In this document: positions 1 to 9,524 of the stretch, one piece after another
How the letters are laid out: each line of letters begins with the position of its first letter
How positions within the stretch are numbered: the first letter of the stretch is position 1
Assembly: GCA_009786415.1 (NCBI GenBank)
Contig: WQTH01000007.1
Coordinates: 1-58,874, forward strand
Source of the DNA: Chitinispirillia bacterium
GTDB lineage: Bacteria; Fibrobacterota; Chitinivibrionia; Chitinivibrionales; Chitinispirillaceae
DNA length: 58,874 nucleotides
Direction: 5' to 3'
The notes under the pieces: model-generated
What the model was told of the DNA's origin: nothing
Databases searched by the model: none
Seen by the model: only the letters and a program-made list of their open reading frames with translations
Made by a program: the position numbers and the translations under genes

Positions 1-212
1 TTGCCCTCGCCGGCGGGGGTGGGGTTGATGGCCGTCACGAGGATGAGCTTGCCGTTTGGCTTGGACGCGAGGCGGTCTATGCACCTCTGCGCGATTTTGG
101 CTTTGTAGTGGCCGTACGGGTCGAGTTCGTCGTCGCCTATGCCCACGGCGGCGGCGATCTCGGTGATTTTTTTCAGCGTCGCGGTTTGCGCGATTTCGAT
201 GTCTGTAAGCAT
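1..212 (-). CDS. fhs: formate--tetrahydrofolate ligase, N-terminal fragment (gene continues past the window start)
   Basis: Not in the ORF track because it runs off the edge. Manual translation from the ATG at 212..210 gives [71 protein letters not shown]. This is the classic Fhs N-terminus ending in the PTPAGEGK nucleotide-binding motif. Confidence 0.85.
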   Translation of the reverse strand, partial: MLTDIEIAQTATLKKITEIAAAVGIGDDELDPYGHYKAKIAQRCIDRLASKPNGKLILVTAINPTPAGEG

Positions 213-305
213 GGCGTCTCCTGCGGTATTTTGTTAATAATCAAGAATATAATATTCCGCGCGGACAGTGTCAAGGCGGTAATAAGTAAAAATCATTTTA
301 TCCGG

Positions 306-1538
306 CTAATCGGATTTGTCGGATGATTCTGTCGGTACGGATTTATCAGCCGGTTCAGTTGATTCGGATTTATCCGTAGATTCCGGTGCGGCATCATCAG
401 CGGATTCTGTTGATCCTGAATCATCGTTCGGTTCCGCCGGCTCGGATTCGTCGGTTGAATCTGAATCTTCCGCAGATTCTGTTGATTCGGACCCTTCCGG
501 TTTATCCGTTAGCTCGTCGTCGATCGAATCCAAATCCACCGGTCCTATTCTGAGCGGGTCCATAGCCATATCCTTTTTGCGTATGCGGCCCATACTGTAT
601 TTGAATCCCATGCACCACTTCATCTCGTAATCGTCAACAAATACTGTGGGTATGAATGTCGCGTCGAAGGATATTCTGTCGATGTTGAAGCCTATGCCGA
701 ACGACATTATTTCGTTTTCCCAGCCTATGCGTTTGCCTATGCGCAGGTCGACGTACGGCAGTACCGATACCTCTATGCCTGCCGGTACCGAGAATGTCCC
801 GTCTTCGTCGCTGTAGGCCACGTCTGCGGTGATTGTGTAGGGGAGTGATTTAAGCGTGTCTGTCCACGCCGCGCCGGCCCTTGCGAACCTCGGTACTTTT
901 CCGTCGCGCCATATCAGCGCGCTGGCGCTGTCGCCGTAGCCCCGGCTCCACGCTATGCCGTGGAATCCTGCGGCGCCGAGGTTCAGTTTTCCGTCCAGCA
1001 TTTTGTAGCCCGCCCCCGCGCTGAACGAGAACGCGCTGTAGTCGCCCTCTGCGGCCCAGATGCGGTCGTTTATTATGCTTGCGCTTACGGCCAGCGCAAG
1101 CCTGCCGCGGATGTGCCCGGCGCTCACCGAGCCGATTGTCGTGCTGCTTGACGCTTTTGCGCCGAGCCCTCTCTCGTCGCGGGTTTCGAAGTCTACCGAG
1201 CTTGAGTGGAAGCCCGCCGCCGAGAACCATTCGCCGGCGATCAGCGCCGTTTCGAACCCGCCCCTGTTTAAGCCGCCGGGGATTTGCCCGAACTCGGCGG
1301 AGGCGTATGACCCTGCGGCGAAGAACGGCTGCGCGGGGTTGTAGTAGTAGAACCCGCCGCTGCCGAGCGCGGTGCCGGCGGAGCCCATAGCGGCGCTGCG
1401 CGGGTTGACAGGCTCCTCAAGCATAAGGAACCCGTAGCCGCGGTTGCGCGAATCGTCGTCGGCTGCCGCCGCTGATGTTATCGCCAATATAAGCGCAGGC
1501 AGTATCAACAAAAATGTCGTTATTCGTTTCATCATCAT
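306..1538 (-). CDS. PorV/PorQ-like outer-membrane beta-barrel protein with a ~90-aa acidic S/T/D/E-rich C-terminal tail
   Basis: ORF 306..1547 opens with TTG; the first ATG is at 1538, after GAGGG. Signal peptide KRITTFLLILPALILAITSAAAA. Motif AAMGSAG...YYNPAQ is shared with the neighbouring ORF. The body shows an alternating beta-strand pattern. The tail is DSIDDELTDKPEGSESTESAEDSDSTDESEPAEPNDDSGSTESADD... Confidence 0.55.
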   Translation of the reverse strand: MMMKRITTFLLILPALILAITSAAAADDDSRNRGYGFLMLEEPVNPRSAAMGSAGTALGSGGFYYYNPAQPFFAAGSYASAEFGQIPGGLNRGGFETALIAGEWFSAAGFHSSSVDFETRDERGLGAKASSSTTIGSVSAGHIRGRLALAVSASIINDRIWAAEGDYSAFSFSAGAGYKMLDGKLNLGAAGFHGIAWSRGYGDSASALIWRDGKVPRFARAGAAWTDTLKSLPYTITADVAYSDEDGTFSVPAGIEVSVLPYVDLRIGKRIGWENEIMSFGIGFNIDRISFDATFIPTVFVDDYEMKWCMGFKYSMGRIRKKDMAMDPLRIGPVDLDSIDDELTDKPEGSESTESAEDSDSTDESEPAEPNDDSGSTESADDAAPESTDKSESTEPADKSVPTESSDKSD

Positions 1539-1565
1539 ATCCCTCAAAATAATACGGTATATCCG

Positions 1566-2654
1566 TTAAAATGATACGGTAATGTCAAACTGCTGATCCA
1601 CCCCCGCCCAAATCCTGTCCGTCATAAGCGCGTAGTTGACAAACGCGCCTTTCATCCACATCGACAGGCTGTACGAAAAGCCGGCCGTAAAGCGCGGCGC
1701 GAACCCATAGCTGTCTCCAAATATATCGCCGTACAGCCCTATGTCGGCAAGGCCCGCCCTCAATATTATGTCGTCTGTAAACTTCCACCGGGCGCCTGCC
1801 GCAGCGAGTATCTCCGGATGGCCTGTATATTTTAACTGCCCGTCGAACAGGTATATTTCGGCGTCCGCGCTCCAAACAAGTTCGCGCTCCAAAAGCTTTG
1901 TCCTGTGAGATGACGAGAGTACGAATATCGGCGGGAAGACCTCCTCTATGATTGGGGAGAAGTCGTTGAACGAGTCTATGACCCAGTCGTTGCGCGATCC
2001 GGCGAGCAGATTTTTGACCGTCACCGAGAGCGTGAGGTTTGTGGTCATTTTGTACGACGCGGCGGCGTCTAACGCGCCGATTGACGTTACCGACGTGTTG
2101 TATACGCTGCCGTCGGGGTGCGGCGCCGTGGGCAGGCTCTGGTAGTTTATGCCCAAAGACCCGCCAAGCGACCAGCGCCTTGACAGGAGGTAACCGGCGC
2201 CGACCTTTACCGATACCGCCGAGAACGCCGCGCGGTTCAGCTCGCGCTCTTCGATGACCTCGCCATCGCGGTAGTAGCCGTCGTAAAGCCCGTCTATAAA
2301 GTGGTCGCCCCTGTATACGAGCGACAGCCCCATGCCCATGCGCTGCGGCACGCGGAAGTCGTACGAGGCCCACGCCTCCGAACGCCCAAGCGAGCGTATG
2401 CCTGCGCCCATAGACGCGCGGCGCCCGCGAAGCTGAGGCAGCTGCGACGGGTTGTACCACGACAGCATATAATCGGGATTAGCCGAAACCGCGCCGCCCA
2501 TCCCTGAAGCCCACGCGCCAGCAGGCAGCCTGAACACCGCACCCGGCAGCCCGGCGTCCTGCGAGGCTGATGCCGGCTTGCAGAGGGCAAGGACAAATAT
2601 CACCGTTAAGGCCGCGATGATGATATTGCGTGGATATCCCCTTATAGCAGACAT
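1566..2654 (-). CDS. PorV/PorQ-like outer-membrane beta-barrel protein
   Basis: ORF 1566..2816. I trimmed the start to the ATG at 2654, giving the signal peptide MSAIRGYPRNIIIAALTVIFVLALCKPASA. Motif ASGMGGAVSANPD...WYNPSQL. C-terminal beta-signal ...DITVSF ends in Phe. The start is uncertain. Confidence 0.55.
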   Translation of the reverse strand: MSAIRGYPRNIIIAALTVIFVLALCKPASASQDAGLPGAVFRLPAGAWASGMGGAVSANPDYMLSWYNPSQLPQLRGRRASMGAGIRSLGRSEAWASYDFRVPQRMGMGLSLVYRGDHFIDGLYDGYYRDGEVIEERELNRAAFSAVSVKVGAGYLLSRRWSLGGSLGINYQSLPTAPHPDGSVYNTSVTSIGALDAAASYKMTTNLTLSVTVKNLLAGSRNDWVIDSFNDFSPIIEEVFPPIFVLSSSHRTKLLERELVWSADAEIYLFDGQLKYTGHPEILAAAGARWKFTDDIILRAGLADIGLYGDIFGDSYGFAPRFTAGFSYSLSMWMKGAFVNYALMTDRIWAGVDQQFDITVSF

Positions 2655-2790
2655 ACAAGCTGGCCGCGATGAGCGGCGCGCCTTGCCCGAAAGATAATGT
2701 TCTGCCGCCGGTATCATCCCTGCCGGTACATTATCCGCCATGCGTGATCTTTTCGCAAACGGCATAATCACAGCGGAGATATTTTCGTTT

Positions 2791-4062
2791 TTATTTCGCA
2801 AGTATGACTTTGCCAAAATGACGCTCCCCGCCGGTTGAGGTTATCTTGAAATAGTACACGCCCGGCGATACCTTCCTGCCGGAGCGGTTCGTCCCGTCCC
2901 AGAAGTCGCGGGCGGGTACGGTCGAACGCTCCGAAACCGCGCTGCGCCGCTCGCTCTTCACAACTGTTTTTACAAGGCTCATCCTGTAGTCGTATACGTT
3001 GATGGTAACATTGCCGTCCTTTTTCAGTTTGTAAACGAATACCGCCTTGCCGTACCTGTCATCCGCCCCGCCGCGTATAATGCCCGGCAGCGCGTAAGCC
3101 TCGTTCGCCTTTACTTCGCGGACATAGCGTATCAGCGTAAAATCACCATACACGCCAGCTAATGGATTCGCTGATTCGCAGATGTAAAGCCCTGTAGTAG
3201 TGGCGATGACGAGCGTCCCCGCGCTGTCCGTCTGCGGCAGAAAGAGTTTGTCGTTTATTTCGGGATTGGCGACATCTCCGGCGGCGGCGAGCATCAGGCG
3301 GAAGTCGGTCGAGTCTATCGCGCTGTAGACCGGGTCCGGCGGTATCGTATCGATCTCCGCCCAAACTCTTATCTCCGGGTCATACGTCCAATAGGTTGAC
3401 GGCGTGGCGATGAGCAGTAAATTGCCGTCAGCCGACACCCCAAGCCCCGTTACGATCCTCGCGCTGTCGCCCGCGTCAATGGGCGCGATGTTCTGCGGGT
3501 GGACCTCGGCGCTGTCTCCCGGCCTCATCGCGTGCAGGGTGTTGTCGGCAGGGTTGTAGCGGACGATTCCGCCACGGTTGAACGAGGCCCAAAAATTTTC
3601 GCGCGCGTAAACTATGTGGCCGGTGGGGTCTGCCTGCGGGGAGTAGGAGCACCCCTCGCAATCATCGTAAAGAACATCGTTGGAAAATCTGAAAAACTCT
3701 TCCCGCCGCTTGCCGTCGGCGTGGTTGAAACGCCAAAATCCTATTGTGTTGACAGCGTCTTTTTTGTAGACAAGCGCCGCCGCGCTGCCGCCGCCGAACG
3801 CCAGCCCCCTGAATCTCTCACCGAAATCGTTTTCCTCAAACCCGGGCCACCCCTCCTGCGAGTGGATTGACGTGCGGTAGTTGAGCCCGCGCTCGGTAGC
3901 CAGCCAGACCGTGTCGCCGCTGCCGGCCAGCGCGATGATGTTGTTGCTGGTCAGCTGGCGTGTCTCGCGTGTTTGAGCGGGGGCGCTTATGGCCGTCAAC
4001 AGGATTATCGCTGCTAATGTAATGATTGATGACGTGATGCCGGCAGATGCGCGTTCGATCAT
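2791..4062 (-). CDS. secreted beta-propeller-like protein with a C-terminal FlgD-Ig/T9SS-type sorting domain
   Basis: ORF 2791..4152, trimmed to the ATG at 4062 (MIERASAGITSSIITLAAIILLTAISAPAQ signal). It has a Reg_prop-like repeat, GDTVWLATERGLNYR. The C-terminus NVTINVYDYRMSLVK...WDGTNRSGRKVSPGVYYFKITSTGGERHFGKVILAK is typical of FCB-group sorting domains. Confidence 0.6.
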   Translation of the reverse strand: MIERASAGITSSIITLAAIILLTAISAPAQTRETRQLTSNNIIALAGSGDTVWLATERGLNYRTSIHSQEGWPGFEENDFGERFRGLAFGGGSAAALVYKKDAVNTIGFWRFNHADGKRREEFFRFSNDVLYDDCEGCSYSPQADPTGHIVYARENFWASFNRGGIVRYNPADNTLHAMRPGDSAEVHPQNIAPIDAGDSARIVTGLGVSADGNLLLIATPSTYWTYDPEIRVWAEIDTIPPDPVYSAIDSTDFRLMLAAAGDVANPEINDKLFLPQTDSAGTLVIATTTGLYICESANPLAGVYGDFTLIRYVREVKANEAYALPGIIRGGADDRYGKAVFVYKLKKDGNVTINVYDYRMSLVKTVVKSERRSAVSERSTVPARDFWDGTNRSGRKVSPGVYYFKITSTGGERHFGKVILAK

Positions 4063-4138
4063 CGTAACGCCCCGCAGGCCTCGCAGGGGCAGCCGTCCCC
4101 GGCCGCCCGTTATGTCCGGCGATAAAGATATCAGGCCG

Positions 4139-4870
4139 TCAATTAGACGCATTGCTCTCCCTCATGTCCATAACCTCCACCCCCTTGGGCGCGGTAAACC
4201 GGAAGACATCGTCTTTGGGCGGCTTGTCGAACGTTGTCTTTTTGAATGTGTACGTGTGCACGTTCTCATTTTTATCCGTCAGCTTCAACACTGTTATCGT
4301 CCCGCTCTTCTCCTCTATGACCGCAGTTATGGCAGTATACCCGTCGCCGAACTCCTCACCTGCGGCAGATTTCCACTCAAGCTCTACGGTCCCAGCGCCG
4401 CGCCCCTTCTCAACGAACTTGCGGCTCGACAGGAACGACGACAGCATCCGGGACGGGACCGTCATGGGGTCTATGTCCGAAAAGTTCCGCACTATGACCT
4501 GCTTGTTCCGCTCGTTGTACTGCCAGAACGCCTTTCCGTCGCTGACGAACACCTCGCGCCCCAGCGTTACCCTGAACCTGTTCCCCGGCGAGACTAATAG
4601 CTCCCCGCTCTTCTTCTCGTCCCGCTCGCGGACGTTCCAGTAGATATTGAGGTCAAACGTGGCCGTAACCGCTCCCGCCCCGCTGTAGTTCTTGCGCACC
4701 AAAGCCATGGCCGCCGGTTCCTGGGCCGCCGCCAGGGCCGGTACAAATATCGCCAAAATAGCCAAAATCACCCCAATACGCACAATTAAGTCCTTTCCGG
4801 CCCGCCCGGCGCCGCCTGTGATGACACCAATTATAGATACAATATACATTAATGGACGCCCATAATGCAT
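4139..4870 (-). CDS. LolA-like outer-membrane lipoprotein carrier/sorting protein
   Basis: ORF 4139..4885 (TTG); the first ATG is at 4870. Hydrophobic signal IGVILAILAIFVPALAAAQ. LolA-family core ...GELLVSPGNRFRVTLGREVFVSDGKAFWQYNERNKQVIV. The start is uncertain (4870 or 4849). Confidence 0.6.
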   Translation of the reverse strand: MHYGRPLMYIVSIIGVITGGAGRAGKDLIVRIGVILAILAIFVPALAAAQEPAAMALVRKNYSGAGAVTATFDLNIYWNVRERDEKKSGELLVSPGNRFRVTLGREVFVSDGKAFWQYNERNKQVIVRNFSDIDPMTVPSRMLSSFLSSRKFVEKGRGAGTVELEWKSAAGEEFGDGYTAITAVIEEKSGTITVLKLTDKNENVHTYTFKKTTFDKPPKDDVFRFTAPKGVEVMDMRESNASN

Positions 4871-5099
4871 ATTTATATGCCGCAAACAGATAAAATATCA
4901 GACCTTTTTGCCCGATGAATATTGGATTTCCCCTAACCGCCGGTACATCAAAACCCGGAACCGGATATAGATGCGTTTCATTTGCAACATGAGATTTTTC
5001 TTTGCAACTTCATGTATCGGGTCAATCCGCAATGTGGCTTTGAATAATTTTTGACGGAGAGCGGGATGCAAGAAAAAATATCGGGATCTCAGCTGCCGA

Positions 5100-6134
5100 T
5101 CATCCCGCAGCGAGCTTGTTTGACAGCTCTTTCAGCTTTACCAGTTTATCCATCGCCGCGCCGGAGTCAATCGACTTCTCGGCTGCCGCGATCCCGTCTT
5201 TGGGTTCTTCGACTACCGATGCCGCGCATAGGGCGAAGGCCGCGTTCAGGACTACTACGTCTCTGTGCACGCCCTTTTTCCCTTCGAGGATATCTTTGAC
5301 TATCGCCGCGTTGTAGGCCGGGTCTTTGCCCAGTATCGCTTCCGGCTTTGCTTTTTTGAATCCGAGGTCGTCGGGGGTGATCTCGTAGGTGGATATCTCG
5401 CTGCCCTTTATCTCCGATATTTTGGTCCGTCCGCATATGGATATTTCGTCTATCGGGTCGAGCCCGTGCACCACGAACCCTTTGGTGCTGCCCATGTTTA
5501 TCAGGACCTGCGCCATCGTTTCGGTCAGGTTGGGGGCGAATACGCCGAGGAGCTGGCTTGTCGTGCGGGCCGGGTTTGTCAGCGGGCCTAATATATTGAA
5601 TATGGTGCGGATGCCTATTTGCTTGCGTGCGGCGGCGGCGTATTTCATGGCCGAGTGGAGGGCGGGGGCGAAGAGGAAGCCTATGCCCAGTTCCTGCAGG
5701 CAGACGCTTATCTGCTCGGCGCTCAGGTTGATGTTTACGCCGAGGTATTCCAAAACGTCGGCGCTGCCGCTGTTGCTTGAGACCGAGCGGTTGCCGTGCT
5801 TGGCCACTTTGGCCCCAGCGCCCGCAGCGATCAGCGCGGCGGCGGTGGAGATGTTGAAGGAGTTGGAGCCGTCGCCCCCCGTGCCGCAGGTGTCTATGAG
5901 GTTCTGCCGCGTGTTCGAGTATATCCGCGTCGCCTTGTCGCGCATTACGTACGCCGCGCCGGTGATCTCGTCGGGGGTTTCGCCCTTCATCCGCAGGGCC
6001 ACGATGAACGCCGCGATCTGCGCGTCGGTGGCCAGCCCCTCCATGATTGCGGTGAAGACGTCCGACGACTCCGTGACGGTTAAACTCTTGCCCGCCGTAA
6101 TATGTCTGATAGCGTTTTGGATATCCATAGTCAT
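5100..6134 (-). CDS. trpD: anthranilate phosphoribosyltransferase
   Basis: 344 aa. It carries CGTGGDGSNSFNISTAAALIAAGAGAKVAKHGNRSVSSNSGSADVLEYLG, the TrpD GTGGDG and KHGNR...S.SGSADVLE motifs. Confidence 0.88.
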   Translation of the reverse strand: MTMDIQNAIRHITAGKSLTVTESSDVFTAIMEGLATDAQIAAFIVALRMKGETPDEITGAAYVMRDKATRIYSNTRQNLIDTCGTGGDGSNSFNISTAAALIAAGAGAKVAKHGNRSVSSNSGSADVLEYLGVNINLSAEQISVCLQELGIGFLFAPALHSAMKYAAAARKQIGIRTIFNILGPLTNPARTTSQLLGVFAPNLTETMAQVLINMGSTKGFVVHGLDPIDEISICGRTKISEIKGSEISTYEITPDDLGFKKAKPEAILGKDPAYNAAIVKDILEGKKGVHRDVVVLNAAFALCAASVVEEPKDGIAAAEKSIDSGAAMDKLVKLKELSNKLAAG

Positions 6135-6172
6135 ATAAATTATATTATAGCCTGTGGGGGTAGGGATAAAAA

Positions 6173-6838
6173 ATGAGTGAAACTCAAAAAAAATTTTCGG
6201 TGCAGTTCGTGCAGTCCGCAGCGCACTTCAAGGAGTTGCCCGCTCCGGCTGGGGAGGAGTACGCCGTTTTGGGCCGGTCGAATGTGGGGAAGTCTACCTT
6301 CATCAACCACGCCCTGGCCTCCGGGACGCTCGCCCGGGTATCAAAACGGCCCGGAAAGACCACTTTGGCCAATCTCTACCGCTTGGAAAAGGGGCTTTTT
6401 TGGGTCGATTTGCCGGGATACGGCTTCGCCAGGGCCTCGTCCGCCGAGAAGGACCGGTGGGGCAGGCTTATTGCCGATTATTGTACCAGAAGGGATAGTC
6501 TGGCGGGGATCATCTGGCTGCTTGACATCCGCCACCCCGGCATAGACGCCGATATGGAGGCGCACGAGTGGTTAGGTGGGATAGGGCTGCCGGTGCTGCC
6601 GGTGCTCACCAAGGGGGACAAGCTGTCGCGGTCGGCGCAGAAGAAGCACTCGGCGGAGTTTCGCGAGATTTTCGGGTTTGAGGAGGAGCCGGTTGTGTAC
6701 TCGTCGCTGGAGCACGGGTCGCGCAAGCGGTTTTGGGAGGGGTTCGACCGGTGGCGGGCGAGGATAGGCGGGCCGGGCGGCCGGGCGGCTGGGGCGGATG
6801 CCCGTTCGGGGGGCAGCGGGTACAGGGATGGCGACTAA
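6173..6838 (+). CDS. engB: ribosome-biogenesis GTPase EngB/YihA/YsxC
   Basis: G1 motif GRSNVGKSTFIN, DLPGYG, and TKGDKL (NKxD-like). It has a Gly/Arg-rich C-terminal extension that overlaps the next gene. Confidence 0.88.
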   Translation: MSETQKKFSVQFVQSAAHFKELPAPAGEEYAVLGRSNVGKSTFINHALASGTLARVSKRPGKTTLANLYRLEKGLFWVDLPGYGFARASSAEKDRWGRLIADYCTRRDSLAGIIWLLDIRHPGIDADMEAHEWLGGIGLPVLPVLTKGDKLSRSAQKKHSAEFREIFGFEEEPVVYSSLEHGSRKRFWEGFDRWRARIGGPGGRAAGADARSGGSGYRDGD

Positions 6839-7685
6839 TACCGACAGTTACGGAGTTGTCAACCGGCGTGCGGGCGGTGTTCCTGTGACGCGCGGGCTTA
6901 TCTGGTTCTTTCTCGGTGCCTGGGCGCGGATCGTCGATGTCTTCCGGATGCTTTCCAGTATGGCCGAGCTGCTCTTCGACACGTTCTACGCCGCGGTGCG
7001 CCGTGGCCGCACGCCCAACCTGTCGCTGATGAGCCAGATCAACCGTCAGATACTTTATACCGGCGTGGAGGCGTTTTGGCTTGTGGGCTCTATCGCCCTT
7101 TTGTGCGGCAGCGCGATCGTTCTCGTAGCCATGCTCAATATGCCGCGGTTCGGCGTGGGGGAGTATTTCAGCAAGATTCTGGTGATAGTGGTGGTGGGCG
7201 AGCTTGCACCGTTTGCCGCGTCGCTTGTGGTGGTGGGGCGCTCCGGCACGGCGCTGGCCGCCTACATAGGCACCATGCGGGTTTCGCGGGAGGTTGACGC
7301 GCTGGAGGTGATGGGGATAGACCCGATACAGTTTATAGTCCAGCCGGCTTTTGTAGGTATTGTGGTATCTGTGGTCTGCCTTAACGTATATTTCATTACT
7401 ATAGCGATTTTGGGCGGCCTCACGCTTGCGCAGTTTACTACTGGTACGCCGGTGGGTATATTTTTCGGTAACATGCTGGAGGCGCTGCAGTTCAAGGATG
7501 TGGCGTTTACATTGATAAAGAGCGTGGCGTTTGGCCTCATAGTGGCGCTTGTGAGCTCGTGGCACGGCCTGCAGGTGCGCAACATACGCGGTGTGCCGAT
7601 GGCGGCTATCAACGCGGTGGTGGGGTCGATGTTCTTCACCATCGCGGTTAATGTTATTTTGAGCCTTGGGTATTATGCGTTGTGA
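6828..7685 (+). CDS. mlaE: MlaE-family ABC transporter permease (lipid asymmetry maintenance)
   Basis: ORF 6798..7685; the ATG at 6828 reduces the overlap with engB. Multi-TM protein with MlaE-like segments (QILYTGVEAFWLVGSIALLCG, RVSREVDALEVMGIDP). Followed by the ATPase and MCE genes. Confidence 0.8.
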   Translation: MATNTDSYGVVNRRAGGVPVTRGLIWFFLGAWARIVDVFRMLSSMAELLFDTFYAAVRRGRTPNLSLMSQINRQILYTGVEAFWLVGSIALLCGSAIVLVAMLNMPRFGVGEYFSKILVIVVVGELAPFAASLVVVGRSGTALAAYIGTMRVSREVDALEVMGIDPIQFIVQPAFVGIVVSVVCLNVYFITIAILGGLTLAQFTTGTPVGIFFGNMLEALQFKDVAFTLIKSVAFGLIVALVSSWHGLQVRNIRGVPMAAINAVVGSMFFTIAVNVILSLGYYAL

Positions 7686-7695
7686 GTTTGGAGTT
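7684..7695 (+). repeat. short recurring intergenic motif (G/C)AGTTTGGAGT(T/G), site 1
   Basis: GAGTTTGGAGTT overlaps the mlaE stop codon (TGA, 7683..7685). Confidence 0.3.
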
Positions 7696-7729
7696 AACGT
7701 ATGGGAAAATTGCGTTTTGTTGAGGGGTT

Positions 7730-8464
7730 ATGAGTTACAGATTAGAGCTGCATGACATATCGATGCGCTGCGGGGATAATACCGTTTTGGACGGCGTAAG
7801 TTTGCAGGTCCAGCCGGGCGGCGTGGTTGTGTTCGGCGGTCGGAGCGGCTGCGGAAAGTCGGCGCTGCTTGAGATATGCGCGGGTTTGATAAAGCCGTCG
7901 TCCGGGCGCGTGTTTTGGAACGGCGAGGAGATTACTGATATGTCAAAGTACGATCTTTACGACAGGCGCAGGTCCATAGGCTACGTTTTTCAGGTGCACG
8001 CGCTTATAGCCAACCACAGCGTGTTCGACAACATCGCGCTGCCGCTCAGGTGCCGGGGGGAAGCGAGCGCGGCGCAGGTAAACGAGAAAGTTTTGGGGAT
8101 GATGGAGGAGATGCACATAAGCCGCGATATAGAGAGCAAATTCCCGGAGGCGCTGTCGACCGCGCAGCTTAAGAGCGTGGCGCTGGCGCGGGCGCTCATT
8201 ATCAACCCCAAGCTCCTTATCCTCGACGAGCCGTTGAGCGGCATGGACCCGTTTACGGCCAACACGATAATAAGCGTGCTGCACCAGCGCTGGGAGAGGG
8301 ACGGCATAAGCATTGTAATGGCGGCGCACTCGGTAAGCGCGTGGCCGCAGTGGGAGGCGGGGCGCTTCCACCTCAGAAAGGGCCGTTTGGAGTCGGTGGA
8401 CGACGCGTTCGCGATGGCGCTCTCACTCAAACCGCAGCGGAAGTTTATATATGCAAGGAAATAA
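7730..8464 (+). CDS. mlaF: MlaF-like ABC transporter ATP-binding protein
   Basis: Walker A GRSGCGKS and Walker B LLILDEPLSGMD. The signature motif is degenerate (LSTAQ). Sits between the permease and the MCE protein. Confidence 0.78.
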   Translation: MSYRLELHDISMRCGDNTVLDGVSLQVQPGGVVVFGGRSGCGKSALLEICAGLIKPSSGRVFWNGEEITDMSKYDLYDRRRSIGYVFQVHALIANHSVFDNIALPLRCRGEASAAQVNEKVLGMMEEMHISRDIESKFPEALSTAQLKSVALARALIINPKLLILDEPLSGMDPFTANTIISVLHQRWERDGISIVMAAHSVSAWPQWEAGRFHLRKGRLESVDDAFAMALSLKPQRKFIYARK

Positions 8465-9431
8465 AACGGGAATACCATCCACCGAACCGTTTGTGCGCCG
8501 CCACCGCCCGTTCTTCGTCACGCTCTTCGTGCTGATACCCGTGCTCATAATGCCCGTGCTGCTCATATACACGATGGTAAAGAGCGACAGCCTGAAGGGC
8601 TGGTGCACGCTCTACGTATTCTGCGACAACAGCTATGGCCTCAAGCAGGGCAATCAGGTCAGTATGTCCGGCATCACCATAGGACACGTGAGGCGGGTCG
8701 ATCTCATAAGGGAGGGCCAGATTCACGTAATGTTCGACATCTCCAACAAATACAGGCACGCGGTGAAAAAAGACACAAAAGCGCGCCTCAAGCAAAGGGG
8801 GTTCGTGGGGGACTGGGAAATAGAGCTATCCGGCGGAAAAATGGGAGAAGTTGACGACGGAGACACACTGAGCTCCGAGCGGGCGCCCTCCATAGACTGG
8901 TTCATCGAGCTGGCGGTGGGCATCATTGACACCGCGACAAACCTGCTCAACGACATAGCGGCGGTCGTAAGAAGGATAGAGGCCGGCGAGGGTACGGTGG
9001 GGCAGCTCATAAACAACGATTCGCTTTTGCGCTCCGTAGACCTTATCGGCACAAACGCGGCCGCGTTTACCTCCGACGCCATAAGGATCGCGAGAGATTT
9101 GAGGGGCACCATCCGCACCGCCGACTCATCGCTGTTTACACTTACATCCGCGGCAACGCATGTGGTTACAGACGTCGGAAAGAGCGGTACGGCGCTTGTG
9201 GACTCTTTAATGACGGTGATAAACACCGTACACAAAACGCTTGAAGAGGTGGAGCCGATAATTAAAAACGTAAAAACCGTGTCGGACGACGCGCCGGAAC
9301 TGATGGACAGGCTGCAACGGGATTTGGGCGATGTGGAGATGATGCTGCGGTCGCTGCAGGATAGCAAGCTTATGAATGTCATAGGGGGGGGCAGTGTGCC
9401 CAAAAATCCGCATTTGGCGGACAGCCCGTAG
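8451..9431 (+). CDS. mlaD: MlaD-like MCE-domain protein
   Basis: N-terminal TM FFVTLFVLIPVLIMPVLLIY. MCE core LKQGNQVSMSGITIGHVRRVDL. Long helical C-terminal region. Overlaps mlaF by 14 nt. Confidence 0.75.
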   Translation: MQGNKTGIPSTEPFVRRHRPFFVTLFVLIPVLIMPVLLIYTMVKSDSLKGWCTLYVFCDNSYGLKQGNQVSMSGITIGHVRRVDLIREGQIHVMFDISNKYRHAVKKDTKARLKQRGFVGDWEIELSGGKMGEVDDGDTLSSERAPSIDWFIELAVGIIDTATNLLNDIAAVVRRIEAGEGTVGQLINNDSLLRSVDLIGTNAAAFTSDAIRIARDLRGTIRTADSSLFTLTSAATHVVTDVGKSGTALVDSLMTVINTVHKTLEEVEPIIKNVKTVSDDAPELMDRLQRDLGDVEMMLRSLQDSKLMNVIGGGSVPKNPHLADSP

Positions 9432-9524
9432 GGTGGGGGGAAGTAAATACGTAATAGTGAATAAGTAAAGATGGGGTATGTATTTTATCTGTAACGCAAA
9501 CAGAGGTAAGGATGATTGTATAGA

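Noticed and set aside
316-630. 104-aa Ser/Asp-rich plus-strand ORF
   Set aside because: It is the mirror image of the acidic tail of the minus-strand barrel gene (306..1538), with no independent signals.
5100-6134. Possibility that the trpD-like gene is a TrpD2/YbiB-type nucleic-acid-binding paralog or a nucleoside phosphorylase
   Set aside because: The PRPP and anthranilate-site motifs (GTGGDG, KHGNR, SGSADVLE) are intact. I kept the trpD call and recorded the orphan context as a low-interest finding.
6606-7565. 319-aa His/Arg/Pro-rich ORF antisense to engB and mlaE
   Set aside because: It is a low-complexity antisense frame, and the sense strand carries the GTPase and permease motifs.
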